From IMG/VR virus record IMGVR_UViG_3300021180_000013, positions 1 through 58,634 of that record: 58,634 bases of DNA. The stretch is one strand, 5' to 3'. This DNA is from a virus (Duplodnaviria; Caudoviricetes). Shown here piece after piece: positions 1 to 9,291 of the stretch; within the stretch, counting starts at the first letter, position 1; each line of letters begins with the position of its first letter. The notes under the pieces are model-generated. The model was not told the DNA's origin and searched no databases. It saw only the letters and a program-made list of their open reading frames with translations. Made by a program: the position numbers and the translations under genes.

Positions 1-156
1 GACGAGGCTCTCGATGCGATGGCTAAGGGTGGGGTGCAGTTAGTGTATGTCGCTCCCCCGCCGGACGTTCCGTTCGCAGAGGAAAAGAAAGCGTTACCGA
101 GTTCGCCAGATTTCATTGATGCCGAGTTCACTGAAGGAGATGATAATGGAAAATGA
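1..156 (+). CDS. 5'-truncated ORF, probable terminase small subunit C-terminus
   Basis: Frame 1 is open from base 1 to TGA at 154-156 (DEALDAMAKGG...FIDAEFTEGDDNGK). It lies two genes upstream of TerL. Not in the ORF track. Confidence 0.4.
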   Translation, partial: DEALDAMAKGGVQLVYVAPPPDVPFAEEKKALPSSPDFIDAEFTEGDDNGK

Positions 157-433
157 CGATATGTATATTGACTTCGACGAGAATGAGCCGATCACGAGGG
201 GAGAGTTGATCCAGGTGCTCGAAGAGACCGAAGCGATGATGAAAGAGTTCAAGCATGTGATTAACACCCAGGCGGAGGTACTGGGGTTACACCGGTACAT
301 CCTCGACACGTTCGTGCCTACCCCACTCCTACAGAAAGCCGCGAAAGAGTATCACGAGGCTAGGCTGAAACAGATCGACGTCGAAACGGCGGTCGACGAG
401 TCGTTCGAGTCGGATTCGAAGAAGCATAACTGA
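146..433 (+). CDS. hypothetical acidic/helical protein
   Basis: ORF 47..433; AAGGAG at 134-139 favours ATG 146; stop overlaps the TerL start (TGATG). Confidence 0.7.
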   Translation: MENDDMYIDFDENEPITRGELIQVLEETEAMMKEFKHVINTQAEVLGLHRYILDTFVPTPLLQKAAKEYHEARLKQIDVETAVDESFESDSKKHN

Positions 434-2103
434 TGCCTAATACCCGCAAGCCTGCGCTGGAGCCCGAGGTACGGATCAATTTCAAGTTCCAAGCGTCCCA
501 GGCTAAGTTACTACATAAGATTACTCGTGGTGCGGGGACGTACGTTGTGTTACGCGCTCCCGAGTGTCTCGAAGTGGGCGGTCAGCGTAGCGGCAAGACT
601 GTCGGCAAGCTCATGCATGGGATTCTTGAGTACTGCCTGCGGTACCCTAAATGTGACATTCTAGTTCTCCGCCGCACGATCAGCGAGTTGGATAACATTG
701 TGCAGGACGTGCGGACACTCATTCCCCAGAGCATGTACACGTACGTCGCGTCGCCGAACAAAGTGATCACTTTCACCGGTAATGGCTCACGCATCGTCTT
801 CGGTGGCTGCGCGAACGATGTCGAGAGAGACATTGAGAAGTATCTCGGCCAAGCGTATCCGTATATCCAAGTCAGCGAGTGTGCTCAGTTCAGTCCTGAG
901 ATCTGGGAGAGACTGGCGATGCGAAACCTCGTCAACGCCGCGTGCCAGCCGGACGAGTATGGGAACGTGCCGATACCGAGGATCGTCGGGGACACGAACC
1001 CAATCGGGGCGCATTGGGAGTATTACTATACAAAGTTCGTTAAGAAGCAACCGTGGAATAAGCCCGAGGGGGCGAGGCAGGATCGTGAGGGGAGGTGGTA
1101 TGTTCTGGAGGCGGGAGAAATGCGTTGCTTCTATGATCCCCAGAATTACGCGTATAACCACACGACAATTCTTGATAACAAAGAGTACATGAAGCGTGAC
1201 CCGGGGATGATCGATCGTTTGAACGCGATGTCCGGACCGATGCGCGAGATATTCTTACAGGGGAGAATGGACGGTGTATCGGGCCAGTTCTTCGACTGCT
1301 GGGCGCCCGATTATCATATCGTTGATCTCCGGGAGGATCCGGAGAGGATCATCTGGCAACCGTGGCAGCCGGTGTGGGCAGGGCAGGATTGGGGGGTGGG
1401 CGGACAGGGACATACGAATGCGTTTTATTTATTTACGAAGGCGTTAGTGAAGTCGGCTGTGGGCGGTGACCCCAGAGTGAAGACCGTTTGCTTCCGCGAG
1501 ATCGCTCCGCGCACGAGCGTGACAAAGGACGACTACGCTGATCTGATACGTAACGCCGCGTATTACCCGAGGCTACCTCAGGATCATCCTCAGTACGAGT
1601 TAATTAGTGGAAAGCCGTGTAAGGTGAGAGCGATATACTTCTCGCACGAGAAGTTTAACAGAGTATTAGAGTCTCACTCTCCGGCGGACGAATATTCGAA
1701 GGCGTTACGGGCGAGAGGACTACCGCCGGTATCACGCGCAACTCGCGACCGTATCGGTTCCGCAGGGTATATGTATAGCGAGCTGAAAATGGGTAATATT
1801 GTGATTCTTCGGTCATGTGAGGAGATCATACACGCGATTCCTACGCTAATGCGAGATAAGAAACAGTTGGATGACGTGCAGAAGACGGATGCGCGGTCGG
1901 ACGATTTGTATGACGGGTTCAGGTTAGGGTTGTATGGGGGATTCAGAGACTTGGAGATGCCCCAAGACGTGCGGGATCGGATTGAAATGGACAAAATGGA
2001 CCCGTGGCAGAAGCATTTTCGAAAGATGAAGTTGGCTGGGGAGCAGAAGAAACGCACACAAGCATTCACCCAGCCGGAGGCCCCGTTTTGGCAGAGAAAA
2101 TAA
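433..2103 (+). CDS. terL: terminase large subunit
   Basis: Walker A GGQRSGKT; Walker B-like YIQVSE; coupling motif GDTNP; RNase H-like nuclease acidic motifs AGQDWG and DDLYDG. Confidence 0.93.
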   Translation: MPNTRKPALEPEVRINFKFQASQAKLLHKITRGAGTYVVLRAPECLEVGGQRSGKTVGKLMHGILEYCLRYPKCDILVLRRTISELDNIVQDVRTLIPQSMYTYVASPNKVITFTGNGSRIVFGGCANDVERDIEKYLGQAYPYIQVSECAQFSPEIWERLAMRNLVNAACQPDEYGNVPIPRIVGDTNPIGAHWEYYYTKFVKKQPWNKPEGARQDREGRWYVLEAGEMRCFYDPQNYAYNHTTILDNKEYMKRDPGMIDRLNAMSGPMREIFLQGRMDGVSGQFFDCWAPDYHIVDLREDPERIIWQPWQPVWAGQDWGVGGQGHTNAFYLFTKALVKSAVGGDPRVKTVCFREIAPRTSVTKDDYADLIRNAAYYPRLPQDHPQYELISGKPCKVRAIYFSHEKFNRVLESHSPADEYSKALRARGLPPVSRATRDRIGSAGYMYSELKMGNIVILRSCEEIIHAIPTLMRDKKQLDDVQKTDARSDDLYDGFRLGLYGGFRDLEMPQDVRDRIEMDKMDPWQKHFRKMKLAGEQKKRTQAFTQPEAPFWQRK

Positions 2104-2468
2104 GATTGTTCTTTCGACAGTTGTTCGGTTCGCGGTTGATCCAGCGTCTCGAACAAGACCTACTCGACGTTCGCGCGGACTTCGAGCATCGGCTAAATGA
2201 CAAAGACGATGTCATTGCTAATTTGCGCTCGGAGTTGCAAGCTGCGCGGCTGAAGATCGAGACGTTAGAGACAGTAATCATACCTGTCATCTCCCCAGTC
2301 GGTAACCTATTCAAACCTAAGCCTGATACGCGGACTTTTGAGAAACTATCAGGGCCAGAGGAAGGCTCGTGGGCGTGGGTGCAGGCTGAGTGGGCGAAGA
2401 AGCAGGCTGAGGAAGCTCAACAGGAGTCTCACAGTGGAGGGAAAGAAGCGGTCAGTTTGTCATCCTGA
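2088..2468 (+). CDS. coiled-coil hypothetical protein
   Basis: GGAGG at 2076-2080 precedes in-frame TTG 2088; heptad-rich central region. Confidence 0.65.
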   Translation: MAEKIRLFFRQLFGSRLIQRLEQDLLDVRADFEHRLNDKDDVIANLRSELQAARLKIETLETVIIPVISPVGNLFKPKPDTRTFEKLSGPEEGSWAWVQAEWAKKQAEEAQQESHSGGKEAVSLSS

Positions 2469-2865
2469 TAGGCCGGTGTTTTCTAAAGGGAAATGCAGAA
2501 ATTGTTACCGGAAGGAAAGAAAAGATAATGGTTCTCGGGAATCTAAAACTCGCTGGCGAGAGAAAAACCGAGAATCTAGTCGCCTATCTGTCAAACGCGT
2601 TCATATTCGTCGAAGCTATGGCATTACACTCGAAGAATACGAGCAAAAGCTACTTACCCAGTCTGGGATTTGTAGCATGTGTAAAGAGCCTTTTTATGGA
2701 GAATATCCAGGAGAGGGAATACCCGTTTTAGACCATGATCATGAAACAGGGGAATTACGCGATTTTATTCATAAGAAATGCAATGTTGGGATTGGGCATC
2801 TTGGCGATAGTTCAGTGAAATGTCGATTAGCGGCTGAGTATTTAGAAAAACACAGGAGAATTTAA
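2434..2865 (+). CDS. endonuclease VII-like (HNH) homing endonuclease
   Basis: YGITLEEY..CSMC..LDHDHETG..IHKKCNVGIG..AAEYL; AGGAGTCTC precedes GTG 2434. Confidence 0.85.
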   Translation: MEGKKRSVCHPDRPVFSKGKCRNCYRKERKDNGSRESKTRWREKNRESSRLSVKRVHIRRSYGITLEEYEQKLLTQSGICSMCKEPFYGEYPGEGIPVLDHDHETGELRDFIHKKCNVGIGHLGDSSVKCRLAAEYLEKHRRI

Positions 2866-3347
2866 TGAGCTTTGCTAGCAAAGATGGAAAAAAGAGTAAC
2901 TCAAAGTTCCGAGCGAACAGGCGTGATCGTGAGTCCGCTGTGCAGGACGGCATGGAGTCGCAGAAGGGACCGAGGGCACAGGCTAATGCGGTCGAGGGTA
3001 AGGGGAGTAAATCACCCGAGTCACGCGAGGAGAAGTCGAAGCCCGCGCAGGTATCCGGCGGGGCAAGCGATATGGGCGGGGATGTGAACAGTCAGGCCGC
3101 TGGGACGATGGGTGCGAAGGCTAAGGAAGTGCATATCACCCACGATGACAACTCCGGGCATCACCATGTTCATACGGTGATGGATTCGGGGGAAGAACAG
3201 CACAGCGATCATCCTAGCCGGGAAGAAGCGCACTATCACGGAGCTATGGCTGCGGGTGCAGGGGAAGGTAATTATCCCCAGAAGCACGATGCGCCTGATG
3301 CGGACTGGCCGGATGGGGATGATTTCCAATCGGAACCGTTGGACTAA
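2865..3347 (+). CDS. hypothetical protein with His-rich segment
   Basis: Coupled TAATG overlaps at both ends; HITHDDNSGHHHVH...HSDH...HYH. Confidence 0.7.
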   Translation: MSFASKDGKKSNSKFRANRRDRESAVQDGMESQKGPRAQANAVEGKGSKSPESREEKSKPAQVSGGASDMGGDVNSQAAGTMGAKAKEVHITHDDNSGHHHVHTVMDSGEEQHSDHPSREEAHYHGAMAAGAGEGNYPQKHDAPDADWPDGDDFQSEPLD

Positions 3348-3928
3348 TGAAACAGTATTACGTGTACATTTGGTTCCGAAAAGATGGCTCGCCCTACTAC
3401 GTTGGCAAAGGCTGCGACGACCGCGCTTTTGTTAACGATGGGCATCGAGTCCATCGACCAGATTCGTTGGATCGGATCTTTGTACAGAATTTCCCCTCGG
3501 AGGCGGAGGCTTTCGCAGAGGAAATTGCATTAATAAAGTATTTCGGGCGCAAAGATTTGGGCACAGGTTGCCTGCGTAACCTAACGGATGGGGGCGAAAA
3601 TCCTCCGAGTTGGAAGGGAAAGAGACGTTCTCAGCATCATCGAGACGCGGTGAAAGCGGCGAAGCAAGGAACGAATTTTACGCCAGCAGCGAGAGAAGCT
3701 TCAAGACTGGCGTCGCAGCGGCGAAGAGGCATATCGCGGGAAACGCCTTGGATGATAGGTTTCAAGCATTCCGAAGAGTCTAAGGCAAAGATTCGCGCAG
3801 CAAAGCTTGGAAAGAAAATGGTGCCGCATACTGAAGAGTGGAAGCAGGCTATGAGCGCCAAAATGAAGGGTAGGAAGATTACTTGGGGCGATAAGATCAG
3901 TGCGGCCAAGAGAGCGGGCATTGATTAA
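3347..3928 (+). CDS. GIY-YIG-like homing endonuclease with NUMOD3-type repeats
   Basis: YYVYIW..PYYVGKG, E-x-ALI, LRNLTDGGE, HSEESKAKI / HTEEWKQAMS repeats. Confidence 0.8.
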   Translation: MKQYYVYIWFRKDGSPYYVGKGCDDRAFVNDGHRVHRPDSLDRIFVQNFPSEAEAFAEEIALIKYFGRKDLGTGCLRNLTDGGENPPSWKGKRRSQHHRDAVKAAKQGTNFTPAAREASRLASQRRRGISRETPWMIGFKHSEESKAKIRAAKLGKKMVPHTEEWKQAMSAKMKGRKITWGDKISAAKRAGID

Positions 3929-4442
3929 CATTGAGAAAGCACTAACGATCGACGGCTGGATGCAGCCTGAGGAGCTTGCGTGGTTAGCTGAGCAGGCCCA
4001 ACGGAGGCGATTCATCGTCGAGATTGGGTCGTATTTGGGACGATCGACGAGAGCGTTAGCAGATAATGCGTTAGGTATCGTTTACGCGATCGATGATTGG
4101 CATGGACCGAGGGATGTGGATTGGTTAACGGACGAGCAGCGGGGAGCGATCGCCGATACGTTCCGAAAGAACATGGAGGGCACGAAGGCAAGGGTGGAGA
4201 TGATCAGTAGCGATCACGCGGCGGCGTCAGTGATCGAAACGCCCGATATGGTCTTCATCGACGGTGACCATGAGTACGCGAGTGTTAAGAGAGACATTGA
4301 TCGTTGGTACGCAAGGATGGCACTGGGAGGTTTACTCTGCGGTCACGATGTGAATCACGTCGGCGTCGCGCAGGCGCTGAGACATACGTTCGGTAAATAT
4401 GCGATCGCGCCGAATACGACGATCTGGTATGTGGAGGTATAA
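3921..4442 (+). CDS. class I SAM-dependent methyltransferase (Methyltransf_24-like)
   Basis: VEIGSYLGRST, DMVFIDGDHEY, GGLLCGHD; start either GTG 3900 or TTG 3921. Confidence 0.88.
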   Translation: MINIEKALTIDGWMQPEELAWLAEQAQRRRFIVEIGSYLGRSTRALADNALGIVYAIDDWHGPRDVDWLTDEQRGAIADTFRKNMEGTKARVEMISSDHAAASVIETPDMVFIDGDHEYASVKRDIDRWYARMALGGLLCGHDVNHVGVAQALRHTFGKYAIAPNTTIWYVEV

Positions 4443-4601
4443 GTGCCGTTTCAGTCTAAGAGTCAACAGAGATACATGTACGCGCACAAGGACGATCCGA
4501 GTATGAAGAACGTTGATCTCAAAGAATGGTCGGCGGCTACGGATTTCAAGAAGCTACCGGAGAAGAAAAAGAAATTCGCACGGGGGAAGAAACGTGGGTA
4601 G
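4443..4601 (+). CDS. small basic phage protein (52 aa, MPFQSKSQQRYMYAHK...)
   Basis: GGAGG before GTG 4443; fills the gap exactly; MPF-x-S-x-x-Q-x-R-x-M start is common in phage small proteins. Below the ORF-track cutoff. Confidence 0.7.
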   Translation: MPFQSKSQQRYMYAHKDDPSMKNVDLKEWSAATDFKKLPEKKKKFARGKKRG

Positions 4602-4830
4602 TAACTTTGCACGCGGGAAGATGCCGACGGCGAATGATGTAGGCGCCGCGTCCGATGCGATCGTACGGAACGCGGGGAGGGTATTATTCCACCCGTCGAA
4701 CGATCAGAGACCGTTGGAGCAGCAGATGATTCAGCCCGACTCCCCCGGTCCCGCACCAGTGATCCCAACCCCGAAGCCGCCGGAGAATTTCTGGACAGCT
4801 TACGGTCGATACGCAGCAGCGAAGAAATAA
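4594..4830 (+). CDS. hypothetical Pro-rich protein
   Basis: 3' part of ORF 4513..4830; GTG 4594 overlaps the upstream stop. Confidence 0.55.
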   Translation: MGSNFARGKMPTANDVGAASDAIVRNAGRVLFHPSNDQRPLEQQMIQPDSPGPAPVIPTPKPPENFWTAYGRYAAAKK

Positions 4831-5220
4831 ATGACTCATACTGAATATCAACGCAAATGGCGGAAGAAGAATCCAGCGAAGCAGAAAGAATACAATCGTC
4901 GCTGGCGAGAACGTAATCCATCCAAAGCGCGGGAATATGCTCGTAAGCATCGCCAGAATAATCCTGAGGCGTGGAAGACCTATCACCTAAAATCGAAGTA
5001 TGGAATAACAGCGGAGCAACGCGAGGAAATGATTGCGGCTCAGGATCACAAATGTGGGATATGTAAGTGTGAACTCGACGACCCACATGTGGATCATATT
5101 GAGGAACCATTTAAGCTTCGTGGAATTCTTTGTCATAACTGTAACGTAACTCTTGGTCTAATGAAAGATAGTCCAGAACTCTTGCGTGCTGCCGCAGACT
5201 ATCTGGAGAAATATGCCTGA
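4831..5220 (+). CDS. endonuclease VII-like homing endonuclease
   Basis: KYGIT..CGIC..HVDH..RGILCHNCN..AADYL; basic N-terminal repeats. Confidence 0.88.
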   Translation: MTHTEYQRKWRKKNPAKQKEYNRRWRERNPSKAREYARKHRQNNPEAWKTYHLKSKYGITAEQREEMIAAQDHKCGICKCELDDPHVDHIEEPFKLRGILCHNCNVTLGLMKDSPELLRAAADYLEKYA

Positions 5221-7921
5221 ACTAAATCAGACAGGGATGCGAGATCTTGACGTTTCGTCTCCTGAAAAAGAATCGATTGACTTTAATAAGTTAGGTCTAG
5301 ATGCGCCCTTTGACTGGTCTCCGGAACCGATGTATACGGCGACAGAGGTTCATGTTCCGGATGAATTTGAAGATGATCCCCGAAGTCCACGCGATATCTC
5401 TCCTCTTTCTGAGGACGCGTTAAATGCATTACTAGAGCTTGATAGAATAGCCTCTCAAGCCGATGTAGCTCCTAGAAGGATTGAAATAGAACAAGCTTGG
5501 AAAGCTATTCACTATAATAGGGGCTATCAGTTTCTCCTTAAACACCGAAATGGTGGTTGGACTGTTCCCGCTAGCGGACCATATGCACCGGCTGGGCAAC
5601 AACAAGTCCAACAGTGGTATCAAACAAATATTTATGGCGAGAAAGCTGAAATCATCGTCGCCGCGTTATCGCGCGAAGTCCCACGCGTAGAATTCTTCCC
5701 CGCGAATCCCGATCATCCCCCGGACCAGGATATGTCCGAGGTCGCTGATGATCTGAAGAGTATTTGGGCGAAGAATAATAATCTACATTGTATTCTCAGA
5801 GACGTCGCTGGAATATTCTTCAACGAAGACCGCGCTGTCCTCTGGACTCGTTACGAACTGAACGGCGATGAGTACGGGTACGAGGAGCCGGGCGAGCCGC
5901 CGGTGCCGGAGAATGAGATTGATCCTCCGACGGACCCGACGGATACCACTGAGTCTACTGATTATCAAGTGAAGAACGAATCGCCGGTGGATCAGGGCGC
6001 GGCGAGACGCCCGCGAGGACGCGTACGCACAACGGCGTTCGGTAAGCTCGAAGCGAAAGTGCCGATATATGTAGATAAGATCGCAGAGATGCCGGTGATC
6101 CAGTTATGCGTCGATTATGACGTGTCTATTGCTAAAGCAATGTTCTTCTGGATGCGGGACAAGATTCGCGGCGGCGGGGACGGGACAGGTGAGACAGAGC
6201 TTGATCGTATCGCGAGAGAGAACGTCCGCCAAGCGGTCCCGGGTCAGTATGTTACTGGGGATAGTATTAACCGTCACTGTGTTGTTAAGCATGTGTATAT
6301 ACGTCGTAGTATGTTCTACGATGCAGGAGTGAAGGATGAGGTAAGGGAGGAGTTGCTTACTAAGTTCCCTGCCGGATGTAAGTTGGTTAAAGCCGCGACC
6401 GAGTTCGTGTACGCACGAAACGAATGTATCGATGACCATCTTACGATCGGACACCCTTTCCCCGGTAAAGGACAGAACCGCCGCTCCCTTGGCGACTCTC
6501 TCCTCCCAATACAAGATTATATCAATGAGCTAGTCGATCTAGCATTAGCATTCGCGAAACGCACGGTAGCAAAAAAATGGATGGACAGCGAGGCGTTCAA
6601 TGTTGAAGCGTTGCGAACGCAAACTAACACTCCTGGCAGTATCGGCCCTTTCGTTCGTCAGCCGGGTGTGCCTACATCTGAGCTTATCTTTATTGAGCCG
6701 ACACCTACGCCGCAACCTTGGCTCATCACCTGGATCCAGTGGATCATTACCAGCCTCAGCGAGCAGATTAGCGGTGCTCTACCCTCGCTCTTCGGAGCGC
6801 AGATCACCGGGCAAGTAGGTAGTGAGGGTGTGGAGACGCAGCGAGATCAGGCGATGCAGAGAGTTGGATGCCCGTGGAATGAGATCCAGGGCATGTTCGC
6901 GTGCTCGGCGAGGCAAGCAGTGATGCTGACCGCGAAGTGTGCGAATAAGGATATTAGTGATGTTATTCCTGGTAAGGGACGACCGATCAATATTAAACTG
7001 AATCAACTGAAAGGCGCGGTGTTATGTTATCCCGAATCGAACCCTGAGTTCCCCGAGTCGTGGTCGCAACGTGAGACGAGGGTGATGGGGATCGTGGATC
7101 AGGCATTGGCCTCGCCGAACACCGAGTTCGCACAGATCATCCTTGATCCCAAGAATCTGAAAGCGATCAAAGAAGTCGTGCGGATGCCGGATTTCGTTAT
7201 TAAGGGAGCAGCTAGTGTCGAGAAGCAGGAGGCGGAGTTGGAGTTGCTGCTACGCTCCGGTCCGGCGCCGAATCCCCAGTTACTCCAGTTGCAGCAGAAT
7301 GTTGAGCAGGGGATGGAGGAGATGAAGGTGATAGGAATGAAAGCCGCGTCCGGTCTCCCTCTCTCGCCCGACGAGCAGCAGCAGATGCAGGCAGGTCCCC
7401 AACTCCTTCAACAGGCCCAGCAGCAGATGCAGAGTCTGCCGCCCGAGATCAGCACCGTCGCTGTGCGTGAGGACGCGTCTGAGGACCACGACACTGAAGC
7501 AGCAGTGCTGTTCGACTGGATGAACGGTCCCAATGGACGCAAGTTCCAGTACGGTAATCCTCAGCAGCAGGCTGCGTTCCAAAATGCTTATCTCCACTGG
7601 CAGAAGCATATCAGTGTATCGCAGCAGTTAAAGGCTGCGGCGCAGGCTCCCGCTCCTCCGAAACCACCCTCAATAAGCATCAACGCCGCGCAAATGCCGC
7701 CCGAGGTTCAGGATGGGATCGTTAAAATGGCTCAGATCCCCGTAGCTGCTCAGCCCAGCACGTTCGCTGACCACGCGACGCGGGAGATGAATCGGGATAT
7801 TGCGAAGAAGGTAATACCGGATTCAATCTACACCGCTGGTCTACATAAGGACACGTCGGAGCAACCCGCTCCCGGAACTGACCAGAACCCCCCGAATCCC
7901 ACTCGGAAACTGAGGCGTTAA
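5213..7921 (+). CDS. portal protein
   Basis: ~900 aa, first large gene after TerL; helical profile with Gln/Pro-rich C-terminal tail as in P22-like portals; GGAG before ATG 5213. Confidence 0.8.
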   Translation: MPELNQTGMRDLDVSSPEKESIDFNKLGLDAPFDWSPEPMYTATEVHVPDEFEDDPRSPRDISPLSEDALNALLELDRIASQADVAPRRIEIEQAWKAIHYNRGYQFLLKHRNGGWTVPASGPYAPAGQQQVQQWYQTNIYGEKAEIIVAALSREVPRVEFFPANPDHPPDQDMSEVADDLKSIWAKNNNLHCILRDVAGIFFNEDRAVLWTRYELNGDEYGYEEPGEPPVPENEIDPPTDPTDTTESTDYQVKNESPVDQGAARRPRGRVRTTAFGKLEAKVPIYVDKIAEMPVIQLCVDYDVSIAKAMFFWMRDKIRGGGDGTGETELDRIARENVRQAVPGQYVTGDSINRHCVVKHVYIRRSMFYDAGVKDEVREELLTKFPAGCKLVKAATEFVYARNECIDDHLTIGHPFPGKGQNRRSLGDSLLPIQDYINELVDLALAFAKRTVAKKWMDSEAFNVEALRTQTNTPGSIGPFVRQPGVPTSELIFIEPTPTPQPWLITWIQWIITSLSEQISGALPSLFGAQITGQVGSEGVETQRDQAMQRVGCPWNEIQGMFACSARQAVMLTAKCANKDISDVIPGKGRPINIKLNQLKGAVLCYPESNPEFPESWSQRETRVMGIVDQALASPNTEFAQIILDPKNLKAIKEVVRMPDFVIKGAASVEKQEAELELLLRSGPAPNPQLLQLQQNVEQGMEEMKVIGMKAASGLPLSPDEQQQMQAGPQLLQQAQQQMQSLPPEISTVAVREDASEDHDTEAAVLFDWMNGPNGRKFQYGNPQQQAAFQNAYLHWQKHISVSQQLKAAAQAPAPPKPPSISINAAQMPPEVQDGIVKMAQIPVAAQPSTFADHATREMNRDIAKKVIPDSIYTAGLHKDTSEQPAPGTDQNPPNPTRKLRR

Positions 7922-8754
7922 TGGCCCGTTTAATAGCGCTTATTGTCCGTCACGGTGAGACCGCTGCGAACGCAAAGAATCTCTTCCGCTCGCGGATGGA
8001 CCCGCCGTTGAATAAAAAGGGCGAGTCTGAGGCCGAGAAAGTCGGTAAGATCGTGTGCGATAAGTACACCGTGCATCGGATCGTGTCTTCCCCGATGCTA
8101 CGAGCAGTGCAGACAGCGGATATTATCGCCGAACATTGCGGGGCGAAAGTGTCGCAGGATCGTGGATTAATATCATGGAATCTAGGATTCCTCTCGGGCA
8201 AAGATAAGAAAGAATACTCCGATGTCCTCGACTACTTCGTCGATAATCCCAAGGAACCGGTGCCTGAGGGCGAGTCGCTGGACGACCTTGAGGAACGAAC
8301 GTGGGATTTCTTCGAGCCTGAGTTGAAGAAGGATCCGCAGGACGAAGCGTCAGGGACGCCTCAGTCCGGGTACGCTGAGTCCGGGCCGTACCACTGCGGT
8401 CAGTGCATACATAAGCCATCGAAAGAATCGTCGTACTGTAATCATCCCAAGGTCGTCGCTGACCCGATGAATGCTAAGAGAAAAGTAAACGGTCTGATAC
8501 AGATCGACCGCGAGCACGGTTGCTGCGAGTACGTTCGGCCTAAGAAGGAAGACGTAGGTATAAAACTCTTCGTTACTCACACGAGCAACGTTATAGCTTT
8601 AGAGAATATGTTCCATGGGAATAGGGATGGGAGACCGGAGACGGGTGAGGATGCGGTTGCCCCAGGGGGCCTAGCCGAGATCTGGGAGACGGGCGAAGGC
8701 GAGTTCGAGTTGAAGCCGGTGCTGGGTGAGAAACCAGCGGCGTTCGGCGAGTAG
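7921..8754 (+). CDS. histidine phosphatase superfamily protein with Cys-rich insertion
   Basis: IVRHGET, SSPMLRAVQTA, PEGES, FVTH; insert CGQC..C..GCC. Confidence 0.88.
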   Translation: MARLIALIVRHGETAANAKNLFRSRMDPPLNKKGESEAEKVGKIVCDKYTVHRIVSSPMLRAVQTADIIAEHCGAKVSQDRGLISWNLGFLSGKDKKEYSDVLDYFVDNPKEPVPEGESLDDLEERTWDFFEPELKKDPQDEASGTPQSGYAESGPYHCGQCIHKPSKESSYCNHPKVVADPMNAKRKVNGLIQIDREHGCCEYVRPKKEDVGIKLFVTHTSNVIALENMFHGNRDGRPETGEDAVAPGGLAEIWETGEGEFELKPVLGEKPAAFGE

Positions 8755-8790
8755 CCCCGAGCCCCTTTCCACTCAATAACAGGAGTCTCT

Positions 8791-9291
8791 ATGAGCGAAA
8801 CGAAGGATATTGAGAAGGTATTAGCGGCGAGGCTAGCTAATATTGAGCAGCAGAAGCGTAAGGATGCGGAGGAGTTTGAGCAGAAGAAGAAGGCGCGTGA
8901 AGAACAGTTAGAGGCGGCGAAGAAGGCGCGGAGAGAAGAGATCGATGCGGTTGTTGCGGCGAGGGTAGCACGAGAGACGCGCGAGCAGGAGCAATGGGAA
9001 GCGTGGGAGCGGAATGAGAGAGAGCGGAAGCAGGCTGAGGAGCAGGCGGTACTGAAGGCTGAAGCTGAGCGGAGAGCTGAGGAAGATAAAGCTCGGGCGT
9101 TGCAGGTGTTACTAGCACAGATCGAGCACGCTGAGGAGCAGAGGAAGTTGAAGGAGTTGCAGGACGCGTTGCCGCCGGTAACAGTGCAGGAAGAAATAAC
9201 GGACGGGGTGTTCGGGTTAACTCCTCCAACGAGCGAAATGAGCGATCATTTGAAGAGAATACTTCGACAGGATAGGGATTTCAATGTCTGA
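8791..9291 (+). CDS. charged coiled-coil hypothetical protein
   Basis: AGGAGTCTCT before ATG; E/K/R/A-rich. Confidence 0.75.
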   Translation: MSETKDIEKVLAARLANIEQQKRKDAEEFEQKKKAREEQLEAAKKARREEIDAVVAARVARETREQEQWEAWERNERERKQAEEQAVLKAEAERRAEEDKARALQVLLAQIEHAEEQRKLKELQDALPPVTVQEEITDGVFGLTPPTSEMSDHLKRILRQDRDFNV

